Source: Octopus sinensis (taxonomy: Eukaryota). Taken from it: a DNA stretch of 64,000 bases. The stretch is taken from positions 92,814,001-92,878,000 of the forward strand of contig NC_042999.1 of assembly GCF_006345805.1 (NCBI RefSeq). Direction: 5' to 3'. A model generated the notes under the pieces. The model worked only from the letters and a program-made list of their open reading frames with translations. It did no database searches and was not told the origin of the DNA. The translations under genes were made by a program, and so were the position numbers. Positions 1-12,995 of this stretch are shown here, piece by piece (the stretch's first letter is position 1; each line of letters begins with the position of its first letter).

Positions 1-90
1 AAAGCCTTGGTCGTCCCGAGGCTATAGAAGACACTTACCCAAGGTGTAACGCAGCAAGACTGATCATAAAACCATGTCGTTTTGGAAGCA
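1..90 (-). mobile_element. tRNA-derived octopus-type SINE family A, head fragment cut by the window edge
   Basis: Reverse complement resembles the head of the full copies at 21164 and 62084 (ttgggtaagtgtcttctatagcctcggg). Confidence 0.7.
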
Positions 91-124
91 TCTTCTTGTC
101 ACAGGGCTGCACCTCTGCCTGTGT

Positions 125-336
125 GCATGTATATATGTACATGCATGTATACACACACACACAAAGATACACACACATGCACATACGCTCATACACACAC
201 ATACACACACACACGCACACACACAGACACAGACACACACACACACATATATATTTATCTGATGAAGTATATATGTACATGCATGTATACACACACACAC
301 ACACAAAGATACACACACATGCACATACGCTTATAC

Positions 337-369
<33 letters not shown>

Positions 370-409
370 CAGACACAGACACAGACACAGACACAGACAC
401 AGACACACA

Positions 410-495
<86 letters not shown>
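125..495. repeat. Compound (CA)n/(TA)n/(CAGACA)n microsatellite with an internal tandem duplication
   Basis: The block atatgtacatgcatgtatacacac...atttatctgatgaagt occurs twice (about 131-268 and 270-505). Confidence 0.9.
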
Positions 496-496
<1 letters not shown>

Positions 497-2072
497 CTGA
501 TGAAGTGCTACATCATGCTAGCCATTTATCGCTTCTTCTGAAGAGGATATAGAGACTTTGCTACACGGAAGTATCAAAATCCGTGCATATTGATACTTTT
601 TCTTCGCTTTTGTGTATGCCTACAATAATGACTCAATATTGGAGTTCTCGGCCTCATAAGTATAGTTACTTCAACCAGTCATCGATCATCTGAAGCAGTT
701 GAGTGGATGAGGCCTGATTACATCACATGATTTGTAGATACTACGTTTCATATCAATTCAATCTTTACGACAGTTATTGTTTGTCAGTGTTTCTTTTTCC
801 TACCACTCTCAAACCGTCTTTCCTTACCGTCTTCTCGAGACTGCTTAACCTTGATAAAAAAAAGTTGGAGTTTAATATCTGAATTCATCTGAATACTACA
901 TAGTGACTTTCCACTCTCTCTCTCTCTCTCTCTCCACAGACACACACACATTCACACACGCACACTACACACACAAGCATATACATGCAAACAGACACAC
1001 ACACACACACACACATATCCGCATTCACATACACACACATTCACATACACATACATTCACACACGCACACATGTACACACATCCAGACATACGCTCGCAC
1101 GTACACACACACATGTACTTATCTGTGAATGAGATGGACTGCTGCATAGTTACTCTCTACAAAATCCCACACACAAATCTAGCGACTCCGACTTAAGACA
1201 CGTATCCAATGCAGTAGAATCGAACCTAAAACCTGGGGGTTACTAAGCGATTTTCTTAACTACGTGGTTATAGCTGCGCTAAGCATAAATTACATTATTA
1301 GGGCATTAAAAAACAGAAAAATGGAAAGACAAGTATTTAATAATCGAGATGCTGAAACGCAAGCGAAGATTTAAATGTTTTTATTCAGATTCAAATGAGT
1401 AGTGTTTGTCATCATTTATCGAGTTATTAAATTATTTAAGCTAATTTATGGAAATAGATATCAATTTCGAAACGTAAAATTTTGTTTAGTTGAGTTACTG
1501 TTACAAATATTTTAAAATTTAAAAGGTACTACCAGCCACCCATGTGAAAATACGAACTCCTGACAAGAGGTACCCGCTCGATATCCTATTTCATCACTTA
1601 TCTTCAAGTGTCAGGGACATTTATGGAAAGTGGACTTACCTCATGATGATAACATGAATTATAGAATATCAAACTGCTTTGAGATGTGCTGTGTTTATCG
1701 AGGAAAACTTTTAATAGACATGAACTCTTCCTTATACATAGCTATATCCTCTTCACTCATAAAAGTTTAATTAATGCTTTGAAGTTTTCAACCACTTAAA
1801 ATTATTTTATGATATGTAAACAAAATGCTTTTTGAGTGCTTTCTTTGAAAACACGAAGTTCATATATCAAATATTTTCCATAGAAATTATTAATGCGTCT
1901 AAATGAAAAGCTTAATGACTTTCATGTTTCAAACACTTGCAATATATATATATATATATGCTATATTCTTCATTTAGGGTTTTCAATGTGGTTTGTAATA
2001 AACAACATATTCCTATTACAAATACACACATACATGCACACACAAACGCACACACACACGCGCACACATACA

Positions 2073-2104
<32 letters not shown>

Positions 2105-3159
2105 GATACATATGCACATATGTACTGAAAATTGCATAAACGCAGAAGCTTACCAACACACATACGATTGAGATGTGACACAGTATTTCGACAAATATCT
2201 TAATAATGGATGTTAGATAATTTTAGGATATTGTAAATAAATTGCTTTGATATTTATCTAAAGTATGTACAATAATGTATCTTTATAGTGGTTCCAGTTT
2301 CATTTCAAGTTATATTTAACCATCATACACGAGGATTTGAAGTTGAAGGTAAATATATCAATTTCATATGATATTTCTTCAGCTGCGGGCAGTTATTCTA
2401 ATATTAGTATCTTATTTTCTAATGGAACTCTGTTTGCATATGTTATTAACTTTAATTGAATGTTTTTGCGTTCTCTCTAAACACAGATAGACAATGACAG
2501 AATCACACAAGAAAGGAAATTAGAAGAAACACATCAGTAAACATGGAAATTCTCTGTGTGATGGTTCGATGTGCATGACATAGCAGTCAAATTATGTGTG
2601 GATTATGGACATTGATAACAGCTGGAATTACTTTGATTGCTCGACCTGGGCTACCTTGGAGTAAACACCAACGACATCATTATCATTGTCATCAACAACA
2701 AGAGCAGAAACAACAAACCAGCCGAGCGGCCAACCAGCCCTCCGATCAACCAAGCAGCAGTAATCACTAGAAGTCATAGTCATTAAATATACCAGAAATA
2801 GCAGACAACCTCCCCAAAATCGACACTACTATGCTAAAAGCAAAACAAAGCACAAAGCGAAAAAAAAACAAAAAAAGCAAAACAAAACAAAATACTGAAT
2901 TAGGAAATGCGGTTCTCGAATAACTATATCTGAAAAATATAAAGACAGATTGGTAAAACCTGGAGTATTTTGATTAGACATCTCTTAATCAAGTATGACC
3001 AAGAGCAGAATAAATAATAATCAATATGAAATGTGAACTAATGCAAGGGGCTTTTATTTGATCACTCGAAAAAGTAGTAAAAACTCCTTCAGTCGTTCTC
3101 TACTGCCTTAAAAATGGAAGTGTGTATTGGACACAGCTGCCATAGAAATATTTTTCTCT

Positions 3160-3330
3160 TGGAAATGTAGTCTGAGTGTTCAGCAGTTCAAATTCCACCG
3201 AGGTCGGCTTTATCTTTTATTCTTCCAGAGAAGACGAAATAAGTATCTGTTGAACTCTCGAGTCGATTACATCGACTTATCCGCTCCCCCGAAAATACTG
3301 GCCCTGTTCCAAAATTTGAAATCAACGTAA
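3160..3330 (+). mobile_element. SINE family B, degenerate copy
   Basis: gagtgttcagcagttcaaattccaccgaggtcggcttt...gtcgattacatcgactt matches the copies at 14489 and 27545. Confidence 0.7.
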
Positions 3331-4400
3331 CACATGGGCTGCCCAGTTGAATTTTGTGATAAAATTTTCAAAGATGTATAAAGTACTCCACGTAGTCTAC
3401 TAACTATCGGCAATGACAGATGCTGGCTTTATGCTTAATAGCTGTGCCTTTGAAATATCAAGATCTGACTACTTTGCGTTACTATTCAGTCTGTCTATTT
3501 ACTCCTCTAACTGATCTAGCTTTGAAAAAAAGAATAACTCAAGGAATGCTCAAGGTCAACATAAGGTAAAATCGCTGACAGGATGCTTATTTGATGCAGT
3601 CTTAGATATGATCCAGTTAATGACAGCTAGAAAGATACCTGTAGAGAAAAAGATACTTGTAGTTCATCGGATTTCCCTGCAAATCGTTCAAAGAATATCT
3701 TGTCAAAGATAATACAGCGTAGCATTTGAAATTATTATATAACACGCTTATCAGTATGATGATCTCAGGTGTCCCATTTGATCTCAAGATCTTCAGGAGA
3801 ATTTCACTGATGACGCTTTCCAACTGTTTAATATGTATGACATTCGTTAACTCTAGATACTGGGGCAATTCTATTCAATGTACTGTTTAATATTGTTTTT
3901 CAGCATAAAGATCTGATCCATCAATGCTTTACCTTTTCTGTATGCTGCTTTTATTTTGCTCCAGATGTTTCCTTCACCGAGTAGGTGCGTAGAACTGTGC
4001 AGAAAATCTTGCTGGAAATATAAAGAAGTGCAATCCTGCACAAGATATGGCATTTCTGTGAGCTGCCTTTCTTTGTATTATTGACAATTTGTCACTTAAG
4101 CAAGTTATTTGAAATAAGATCATTTATCAAGTTAACCGTAAAAAGATCAAGCAACGGTTATGCTGTTGTTATCTGCCTTCAAATATATAATCAACGGCAA
4201 GCACTTTTCTGTTTTTTATAGCTTCGATGGCTCTCTGTTTTTTTTTTTTTTTTTTTTTTTTTTCAAATAATGTCGCGTCAAGATAATCTTCAGCTGGTCG
4301 AGTTTTGGCAAGTTCACCTTGTTGAAAGAGGTTTAGATCTTGTGTTTGATACATGAACCTGATTATTGCTTGAGGTATTCATGGGAAAAATCTTACGGAA
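3330..4400 (-). mobile_element. Degenerate non-LTR retrotransposon RT fragment, probably RTE clade
   Basis: Minus-strand peptides AIEAIKNRKVLAVDYI, AAYRKGKALMDQIFMLKNNI and LLKILRSNGTPEIIILISVLY resemble non-LTR RT motifs. There are multiple stops and frameshifts. Confidence 0.65.
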
Positions 4401-4689
4401 TGCTTTAAGCGATGAAGTATATTATATTAATAATATGGCTGAGCTTTGTAGAAAGAAAAATGTGCAAATAAGCATAGATGTAGTACATGATTCGACCTAG
4501 TCTTCAGCAAGGAAATGTTTGTGGCTGTAACTAAGTATTTTCTCGTTGATGAACAAGTGTTTTACATCTCAGCGTAAATACTGCAGAATTATAAACAAGA
4601 ATACGGTGAAGGTATATCATTTGATAACGCTTTACTTTCGTAAATATATAGCGCGTTCTAATATAAGATAGATAAACTTTTCTACTAAG

Positions 4690-5375
4690 GGTACAAGGTG
4701 GAGAGAGCTAGTCAACTGCGTTGACTCCAGTGCTCAACTGTTACTTATTTTGTCGACCTCGAAAGGTAGAAAGCCAAAGTCGACCTCAGCGAATTTTGGA
4801 CTGAGACGGAAAGATCGACGAGATATCGCTAAGCTTTGTGTCCAGTGCGTTAAATATAAAGAAGATAATAACGACAGTAATATTGGCTTCACATTTTGGT
4901 ACAAGGCCAGTAATTTCGAGGAATGGGATTAATCGATTATATTAATTCCAAATACTCAACTGGTACTTATTTTATCGACCCCGAAAGTATGAATGGCAAA
5001 CTCGAGCCTCGGTGCATTTGTAACTCACAATGTAAAGATGGACGAAATGCCGTCGATGATTTTGCCTGGCGTGCTAACGATTCTGCCAGCTCACCATCTT
5101 AACAAGAGTAACATTGGTTTCAAATTTTGAAGGCAAGAAATGTCGGGAGCATATTTTATCGATCTCGATAATGACAACAGTAATATCGGTTTCAAATTTT
5201 GGCACAAGGCTAAAAATTGCATTGGAGGAGTAAGTCGATTACCTCGGCCCCATTACTCAACTGGTACTTAATGTTTCGACCGCAAAAGGCTGAAAGCAAA
5301 GTCGATCTCGGCGGAATTTGAACTCAAAACGTAAAGACGGACGAAAAGCCGCCTAGCATTTTGCCTAGCGTAATT
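4690..5375 (-). mobile_element. Cluster of about three tandem degenerate SINE family B copies
   Basis: Repeated ctcaactggtactta...tcgacc(c)cgaaagg...aaagtcgacctc(g)gcggaattt motifs near 4730, 4950 and 5255. Confidence 0.75.
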
Positions 5376-6699
5376 GTAATATTAACGTGGGAAGATGTCG
5401 ATACATTAATTAATGGAAACATATTTATCCGATTACTTTATCCACAGTAAATAGTTGTGGGGCGAGAGAAATACGTTATAATTGTTCTATTAAACATTCT
5501 AAGTATACTAAGGGTTATATAGGATTTATCATCATTTTATTTTAAAATGAAACGAGTTGCATAACGAATACCTTAAAAATAAGCTGGAAGGAATATGACT
5601 TCGTATTCAGATAACATGTGAAGGTCGAAAACAATAATCTTTGGGTGTTGAAAAGTCGTGTACGGTGAAACTACGTGCTCTCGTGATTTGTATGCCGTGG
5701 GAAAAGGAATTATAGAAATGAATACTGCAGCAACAATTCGGAGAGAGAGGGAGAGAGAGGGAGAGAGAGACAGACAGACAGACAGAGTAGTCTCCTTCAG
5801 TATAAAATTCTGGACGCTATTTCACTTATTACTATCTGAGTGCTAGAGAAAATCATATAAGCTAACATTAGGTAAATACACACCGAACCTCCCCGCTCTA
5901 TCTCTCTGAATATATATATATAAATATATCTATATATATATCTATATATATATATATATACCCCTCTCACTATGTCTCTCCCCCACATAAATATAATATG
6001 TTTTTTTTCTTTAAATTACGTTTTTTAATCACTTTGCGAACCAATTTCTGAAATCAGTTTTGTAAATGAGTTTTAAATCATCTTTTGATCATTTGTTTTT
6101 GTTTACTGCTATCATATTTCATCCGGTGACTATTAACCATAATTAACTACTGTTCACAGTTAACTTTTATTACTAATACACTGGAGAAGTATAGAAAAGA
6201 CACGCATGGGTATATGCAAATACACACATACACACATACACACACACACATACACACACACACAAACACACGCACGAACACATACACATATGCAAGTGTA
6301 TATTTTAAAATGTATATGTCCTATATTATGTTGTATTGCTGCATGTATGTGAGTGTGCCAGTACATTTGTCTATTAGAATATGAAAGTAAGTTGGTGTCT
6401 GTACACGCACACACACATATGTTTACATACATACACACATATACACACACACATACATATATATATATATGCATACATACATAATATATACATACATATG
6501 TATTTATGTATGTATGTATGTATGTACGTATACATGGTCGTATATGGGTATATGTATAAACGGAGACAATAAATATATGCATGTTAATATGAGTTATAAA
6601 AAATGCGTGGATCCTATCGAAAGAAATGCAAAAGTGGCTATAACTTTGATATTACCTCACATAGGTTTAGACTGCAAATGACAAAGAGTATATCTTTGT

Positions 6700-7620
6700 C
6701 TGTACAATGTTACTACTACAGAATATAGACGCCATTAAAATCGATGTATTTTGCCCCATCGTTGAACTCAATTCTAGAATTTTCTTTGAAAAGTCTTTAG
6801 TTGCATAATGTCGTATCCACTTCTTAACAGCCACTTTCACCTCGTTTGTGTCATTAAAAAGTTAACCTTTAGGTTGTACTGTGTAGGTGATGCTAATCAG
6901 TCCAATTTTCTGGTTGGTGTTAAAGATGTTTGCGGTCATGAATTGTCATTGCGAATCGATTTTGGATTCATGTTTCCCCTTTTTCACCTCACAGCTTAAA
7001 TAATCTGTTTGTGTCGTGAATTAACAGCCATATTTTAAGGGACAGCAAAGCACCAAATGCCCAAAGCCAAAACAGTTAACATGACTTTCTGTGACGATAG
7101 ATGATTCCTGAACTTCTTAGGTTTTCGAGAAGAGATATGGACTGAAATTTCATTCCGGATCATTAAGATCCGTCTATCTATTGTCAACAAATCAGAGAAC
7201 TTCTGCTCGTTGGTTTCAAACGCCTCCATCATATCGGAGCAGGTTTTCAGTCTTCCCTCTTTCAACTCAATTGTGAACAGTCGAGACACTTACTTGTATA
7301 CATTTGATGCTACTCAAATTTTCCTTTCAACATTTTTATGCATTGTGATAACAGTCCTGTTGTTCAAAAAAGTCACAGACTGTGATTCATCTGTCGGCAC
7401 GAACCAGCTCGTTCCCTCATTGATGACACATGTCAGTGGGTTCAGATGATAGTTTTCCACAGCTGGTCTTTCAATGCTGGTTTCTTCTATTTAATCTTCT
7501 AGATCCATCAGTACACATTACCCTTGTCAGTAGTATCATCACCATAAATAACTTGCACACTTCCGTGAGGCCAGAACTGCTAGAATGCAACAAACTAGAT
7601 ATATATTATTATGTGTCTAA
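6700..7620 (-). mobile_element. Degenerate mariner transposase relic
   Basis: Minus-strand VIYGDDTTDKGNVY*WI, SRLFTIELKEGRLKTC and RKPKKFRNHLSSQKVMLTV match mariner HTH and catalytic-domain motifs. Confidence 0.7.
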
Positions 7621-7807
7621 TTGAAATGGCGATGAGAAATAACGAGATACTTATTTCAAAAGTCGCCCGAAGAAGCGCAGTCTGCACCTGTGATGTGAGA
7701 CAATTGATTGCATATCATCTCACCTATGAACTACAGGTGATGAATGTGTCGAAACAATTATATTAGTTCAGATTAAAGAATCTTGTGAATTCTATTTTAC
7801 AGATTCT

Positions 7808-7861
7808 GATCTATCTGTCTGTCTGTCTGTCTGCCGGTCTGCCCGTCTATCTGTCCGTCTG

Positions 7862-7942
<81 letters not shown>

Positions 7943-7985
7943 GTATCTATCTGTCTGTCTGTCTGTCTGTCTGTCTATATATCTA

Positions 7986-8022
<37 letters not shown>

Positions 8023-8075
8023 ATATCTGTCTGTCTGTCTGTGTGTATATATATTATATATATATATATATATAT
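7808..8075. repeat. (TCTG)n/(TCTA)n/(TA)n microsatellite
   Basis: Direct reading of the sequence. Confidence 0.95.
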
Positions 8076-8655
8076 ATGTACGTATATTTGTGTATACGTT
8101 TATATTCATGTATGTGTGTGCGTTTGCCTGCGTGTCTTCGTGCATATTTACTCACACGCAAACACACGCGCAAGCACACAAGCCCAGGCGCGCACAGGCA
8201 CATACTTATATGTATAGTTAAAGTGTTCGTGTGAAACACGATAAACGTAAATAGGTGTTGAAGTATTTCCGTTAATTTACTATGGATTTGCCAAGGAAAA
8301 ATTAGTTTACTACAGTCATATAAATTTATATGAGTCTTAAGAGTCATTAATCAAAGTTTAAATCATTGGTTGATGTCTGCAATCTGTACGTAAATCATAT
8401 AACCAATTATTGTAATGTAATTTATTTTAATTTGTTCATGTTTACCTAATTTTGCATTTAAATGAGAAATATCTTAGTGAATACCAAAAAGCCGTCGAAC
8501 CACCGAGCAGTATTTTTAGAGTCCCCTATGTGAAAAGATACCAAATATAACGAAATACTATTTTCCTTTGATAAGCAAGTAACAATATGTGAAACAAGAA
8601 TATCTTTGCGCGGAACTTTCAATAAATTGCATGTAAACATCATTTCCTAGGCCTA

Positions 8656-8656
<1 letters not shown>

Positions 8657-8754
<98 letters not shown>

Positions 8755-8758
8755 ATTG

Positions 8759-8838
<80 letters not shown>

Positions 8839-9021
8839 AATCTATCTATCTATCTATCTATCTACCTATCTACCTTTCCTATTCTTTCCTTTTACGATCC
8901 CTTTTGATCGAAAACCAACCCCCCTTTTTTTACCCCCAAAAGAAAAGCTCTACCTTGTAATTTGTTCTATCTGTGTGCAGCCCTGTGTGGCTAATAAAGA
9001 AACATATCTATCTATCTATCC

Positions 9022-9093
<72 letters not shown>

Positions 9094-9135
9094 GTCTGTC
9101 TATCTGTCTGTCTGTCTGTCTGTTTGTCTCTCTGT
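8657..9135. repeat. (TCTA)n arrays interrupted by a ~135-bp insert (8872-9005) ending in a SINE-B-like tail
   Basis: The insert ends gccctgtgtggctaataaagaaacat, compared with the SINE B tail gccccttgtgggtagtaaagaaata. Confidence 0.8.
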
Positions 9136-9159
9136 CTTAGAGAGAGAAAAAGGCAGATA

Positions 9160-9465
9160 GCGAGGTACAGAAACTCCCTGAAGAAATCCTTTCGCGCCTT
9201 CCATGATGTTCACCATTCTGTCTTTTCTAGCGTCTCACCTCACTCCGCGCAATGACCTTCTATAAAGAGACCCTCAATATATTTCCTTGCAGGCAAGAGA
9301 AAACGAAGAAAAAGAAGGAACCCTAGGCTGCACAGCTTCCCATGCAGTCTCTGTGATCATACCTGCCTGTCCAGAAATGGATACTTTGAGCAACAGAAAG
9401 CGTGCAGCTGATTCAGATATTGCCCCCGAGTAAATCTTCGCACGCTCCCGAAGCCAGGAAGATTA

Positions 9466-9470
<5 letters not shown>
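9160..9470 (+). mobile_element. RTE-clade LINE 3' fragment
   Basis: Encodes RYRNSLKKSF...GKRKRRKRRNPRLHSFPCSLCDHTCLSRNGY, like the RTE C-terminus (basic run plus C-x2-C zinc knuckle). Confidence 0.65.
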
Positions 9471-9502
<32 letters not shown>

Positions 9503-9667
9503 AACAAATCAAATTGCGATAAAATAAAAATAATTATAATCGCTGGTATTACTAACACAAGCCATATATTTTTCATATATCAGTACATTAAGGCGAAAAT
9601 GTGCTAGGAATACAGAAGCTTGATAAATTAAGTGAAATGAAGATAAAAACATTTACTAAACCGGAAA

Positions 9668-9739
9668 TCTCAGACTGGCAGTTTCTTTCTATTCAGCAAA
9701 CAAGATAATTTTTTTGCCCAGGAGAATTCTTCAGTGAGA
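9668..9739 (-). ncRNA. Type I hammerhead ribozyme, array copy 1
   Basis: UCUCA-CUGAAGA-[long stem II hairpin]-GAAAC-UGCCA-GUC-UGAGA. Stem I is 5 bp and the cleavage triplet is GUC. Confidence 0.7.
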
Positions 9740-10062
9740 CCCTGTTTTTCTGGGATCAACTCACTAGAAGCATGTGCGTCTAATGAATTACTCTTCCTAA
9801 CTAATCATATCACTGCGCAGACTCCGAACGTCCCGACAACACTAGGGAATTCTGGTCTATCGCCTGGCGCTCATAATTTATCGAGAAATATGTAACAAAT
9901 CAAATTGCGATAAAATAAAAATAATTATAATCGCTGGTATTACTAACACAAGCCATAATTTTTTCATATATCAGTACATTAAGGCGAATATATGTGCTAG
10001 GAATACAGAAGCTTGATAAATTAAGTGAAATGAAGATAAAAACATTTACTAAACCGGAAAAT

Positions 10063-10133
10063 TCTCAGACTGCAGTTTCTTTCTATTCAGCAAACAAGAT
10101 AATTTATTTGCCCAGGGAGAATTCTTCGTGAGA
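10063..10133 (-). ncRNA. Type I hammerhead ribozyme, array copy 2
   Basis: UCUCA-C(U missing)GAAGA-stem II-GAAAC-UGCA-GUC-UGAGA, with palindromic stem III ACUGCAGU. Confidence 0.65.
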
Positions 10134-10601
10134 CCCTGTTTTTCTGGGATCATAACTCACTAGAAGCATGTGCGTCTAATGAATTACTCTTCCTAACTAA
10201 TCATATCACTGCGCAGACTCCGAACGTCCGACAACACTAGGAATTCTGGTCATATCGCCTGGCGCTCATAATTTATCGAGAAATATGTAACAAATCAAAT
10301 TGCGATAAAATAAAAATAATTATAATCGCTGGTATTACTAACACAAGCCATATATTTTTCATATATCAGTACATTAAGGCGAAATATGTGCTAGGAATAC
10401 AGAAGCTTGATAAATTAAATGAAATGAAGATAAAAACATTATATATATATATATATCTATATATATATATATATCTATTATATATATATATATAATATAT
10501 TATATATAATATGTATAAGGGTGAAAAGGAACACCAGTTGATATATATGAAAAAACAAGTAAAAAATAGAAAATGCTAAAATAATTTTATAGTGAACATT
10601 T

Positions 10602-10639
10602 CAGTACCGGTTTCGGTCATTTTGAGACCTTTTCAACTG
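10602..10639 (-). ncRNA. Minimal hammerhead ribozyme (U3-A8 variant), left arm
   Basis: CAG-UUGAAAA-GGUC-UCAAAAU-GACC-GAAAC-CG-GUA-CUG. Confidence 0.7.
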
Positions 10640-10904
10640 TAACGATTAAATAATTAAATTTAGAAAAATTAGAAGAAAAGTTTTTTTAAAAAGAATATTT
10701 CTATAGTAGTGTTCAGATTTAAGTGGCATTCTGCCTTTCTCTGACTCCCTTGTTGCAACTTGTGTGTCGGACCTCCGACACACAAGTGCAAACAGGGAGT
10801 CAGAGAAAGGCAGAATGCCACTTAAATCTGAACACTACTATAGAAATATTCTTTTTAAAAAAACTTTTCTTCTAATTTTTCTAAATTTAATTATTTAATC
10901 GTTA

Positions 10905-10942
10905 CAGTTGAAAAGGTCTCAAAATGACCGAAACCGGTACTG
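10905..10942 (+). ncRNA. Minimal hammerhead ribozyme (U3-A8 variant), right arm
   Basis: Same motif as the left arm, with palindromic stem III ACCGGU. Confidence 0.7.
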
Positions 10943-11682
10943 AAATGTTCACTATAAAATTATTTTAGCATTTTCTATTTTTGACTTGTTTTTTCATATA
11001 TATATATATATATACATATACATACATACATACATACATGCATACATACATACATGCATATGTATATACAAAAGGAGTATGGACGATCATATTGTCATAG
11101 CAGAGAGGCTTGCTATAGCGGAGACGAATCTTGTAGCCAAGAAACAAACAACCGAGTTGACAGTAAAGAGAAGCTAATTGCTTACCTAAGTGTTTGGCAC
11201 AAACTGTACACACGCTGCCTCAACCAATTCCTCCACGTTCCTTCTAAGTCCAACGACGTAGTGAGTGATGAAAAGGAGGGAGTGTGCGGAAGTGCTGAAC
11301 AACATTTGATAAGCAAAGCTGCACTCTGTGAAGTGAAGAAACACCTTAGGAATATTCCAGCAGTATGTCTTGATTACAGGTATCAATCAATCTTGATAGG
11401 GGTACGAGTTTAGTCCCCGAAGATCCGACCATCCAACGATTGTACCGAGTTACATTTTACTAGTTGTGCCCGTGAGTGACCTGACATAACATACATATAT
11501 ACATACATATGCTCTTACATACACACATACATGCATACATGTATAAAGGCATACAGGTGTATATTGATACAGTGAAAATTTGTAAAAGATGTATGGGTAT
11601 TTTGATGTCTGCATTCGCCCCTCTCTCTCCCTCTATGTTTATTTGTTTCGCAACAAAACAGGAATTTAAAAGGGTTTACATA

Positions 11683-12008
11683 TGGTGTCAGAGTTAATCT
11701 TGACAATTTGCATCTTCAGAATTATAACAGTTAGTCGGGTCTTCGGCTACTAAACTGGCAACCCTGGCAAGATTGGTTGATATTCTGCAGGATGAGAAAT
11801 AAAACCAACCAAAGGACGGAAGAGCTCATGAGCAGTCAACGACCACCCAACAGTGTGCCTATAGTAGTGGAACCGATTCTTATGCACTTTGTTACCCAGA
11901 CTTCATGACATATTTCTTCATTAACTAATTACATATCATGGAAGATGGAACGCTGTTCCTACGGTTAACTGTTATAATCTGAAGATGCAAGTTGTCAAGA
12001 TTGACACC
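11683..12008. mobile_element. Candidate MITE with ~50-bp imperfect terminal inverted repeats
   Basis: ggtgtc...ttgacaatttgcatcttcagaattataacagtta versus taactgttataatctgaagatgcaagttgtcaagattgacacc. No clear TSD. Confidence 0.4.
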
Positions 12009-12410
12009 AAATTCCTCTTTTAGTGTGAAACAAATAAACATATCAGTTATATTTACTACGGAAATACTATCCCAGTATGAAAGAAGAAGCGTTCAACATA
12101 TGCCGATCACAGTTACATTTCAAAAGAATTGTGAATATTGTTGCTTGAAAAATTGGAAGTACATAAGTGTTTTCTGATTACTTATCAAATGTATAATAAA
12201 GGTGCCCCAGATGGGTTTAAGAGGAAAAAGTTATTAAAATGAGCAGCGGTCTTTTAAGAATTTACCCATTTTTATTCGTGATCTGTATTTATCTGTTTCA
12301 GTAACTGAGAGCACTCAACTTCGAGTTGCTTTTGGGAAACAATGCAGTTTCTTTAAATATAGAAAAGAAAAATCCACATGTATGATATATGTATGTATGC
12401 GTATTTATGT

Positions 12411-12995
12411 ATTCGAAACTAGTTTGCTCTGTGAATAAATCTATTTAAAAACGACCACACGTTTTTCAGTTGATAAACGCAATATATGTATGTGCTACTA
12501 TTAGTTTCATCTGGTGTGAGCATAAGAAGTGTTTTTAACACGTCTGGTGCCCTAGCACATGAAACGAATAGAGCCACATAAATACATATATTATGTTTAT
12601 TGAATAATACATATGTATATATGAGTGTGTGTGTGTATGTGTGGTAGGAGTGGGGTGGGATGTGTGTGCCTGTGTGTCTATGCGTGCGTACATACGTACG
12701 TACGTACGTACACACACACACGCACACACATATATATCATTTTATAAATATAATATATGTATTTATGTGGCACTATTCGTTTCATGTGCTAGGGCACCAG
12801 ACGAGTTAAAAACACTGGTATGCTCTCACCACATGAAAGTAACAGTAGCACATACACACACACACACACACACACATACATACACTCATACATGCATGCA
12901 TACTTACATACATACATACATACATACATTGCGTTTATCAACTGAAAAACGTGTAGTCGTTTCTAAATAGATTTAATCACATAGCAAACTAGTTT
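12411..12995. repeat. Imperfect inverted duplication around a microsatellite core
   Basis: 12411-12600 is the reverse complement of about 12740-12850 plus 12929-12995. Confidence 0.75.

Larger units (their letters stand above)
9503..10440 (-). repeat. Tandem array of a ~392-bp unit (2.4 copies) between (TA)n tracts, with one HHR per full unit
   Basis: Units start at 9503, 9894 and 10289 (aacaaatcaaattgcg). Copies differ mainly by 1-2-bp indels. Confidence 0.9.
10548..10996. repeat. Near-perfect ~450-bp palindrome (PLE-type fold-back) in a TA microsatellite
   Basis: Arms mirror about gtcgga-cc-tccgac at 10772/10773, with very few mismatches. Confidence 0.95.

Noticed and set aside
9295-9420. 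Apparent exon after ttgcag encoding a basic run and Cys pair
   Set aside because: The upstream frame and motif match an RTE LINE C-terminus.
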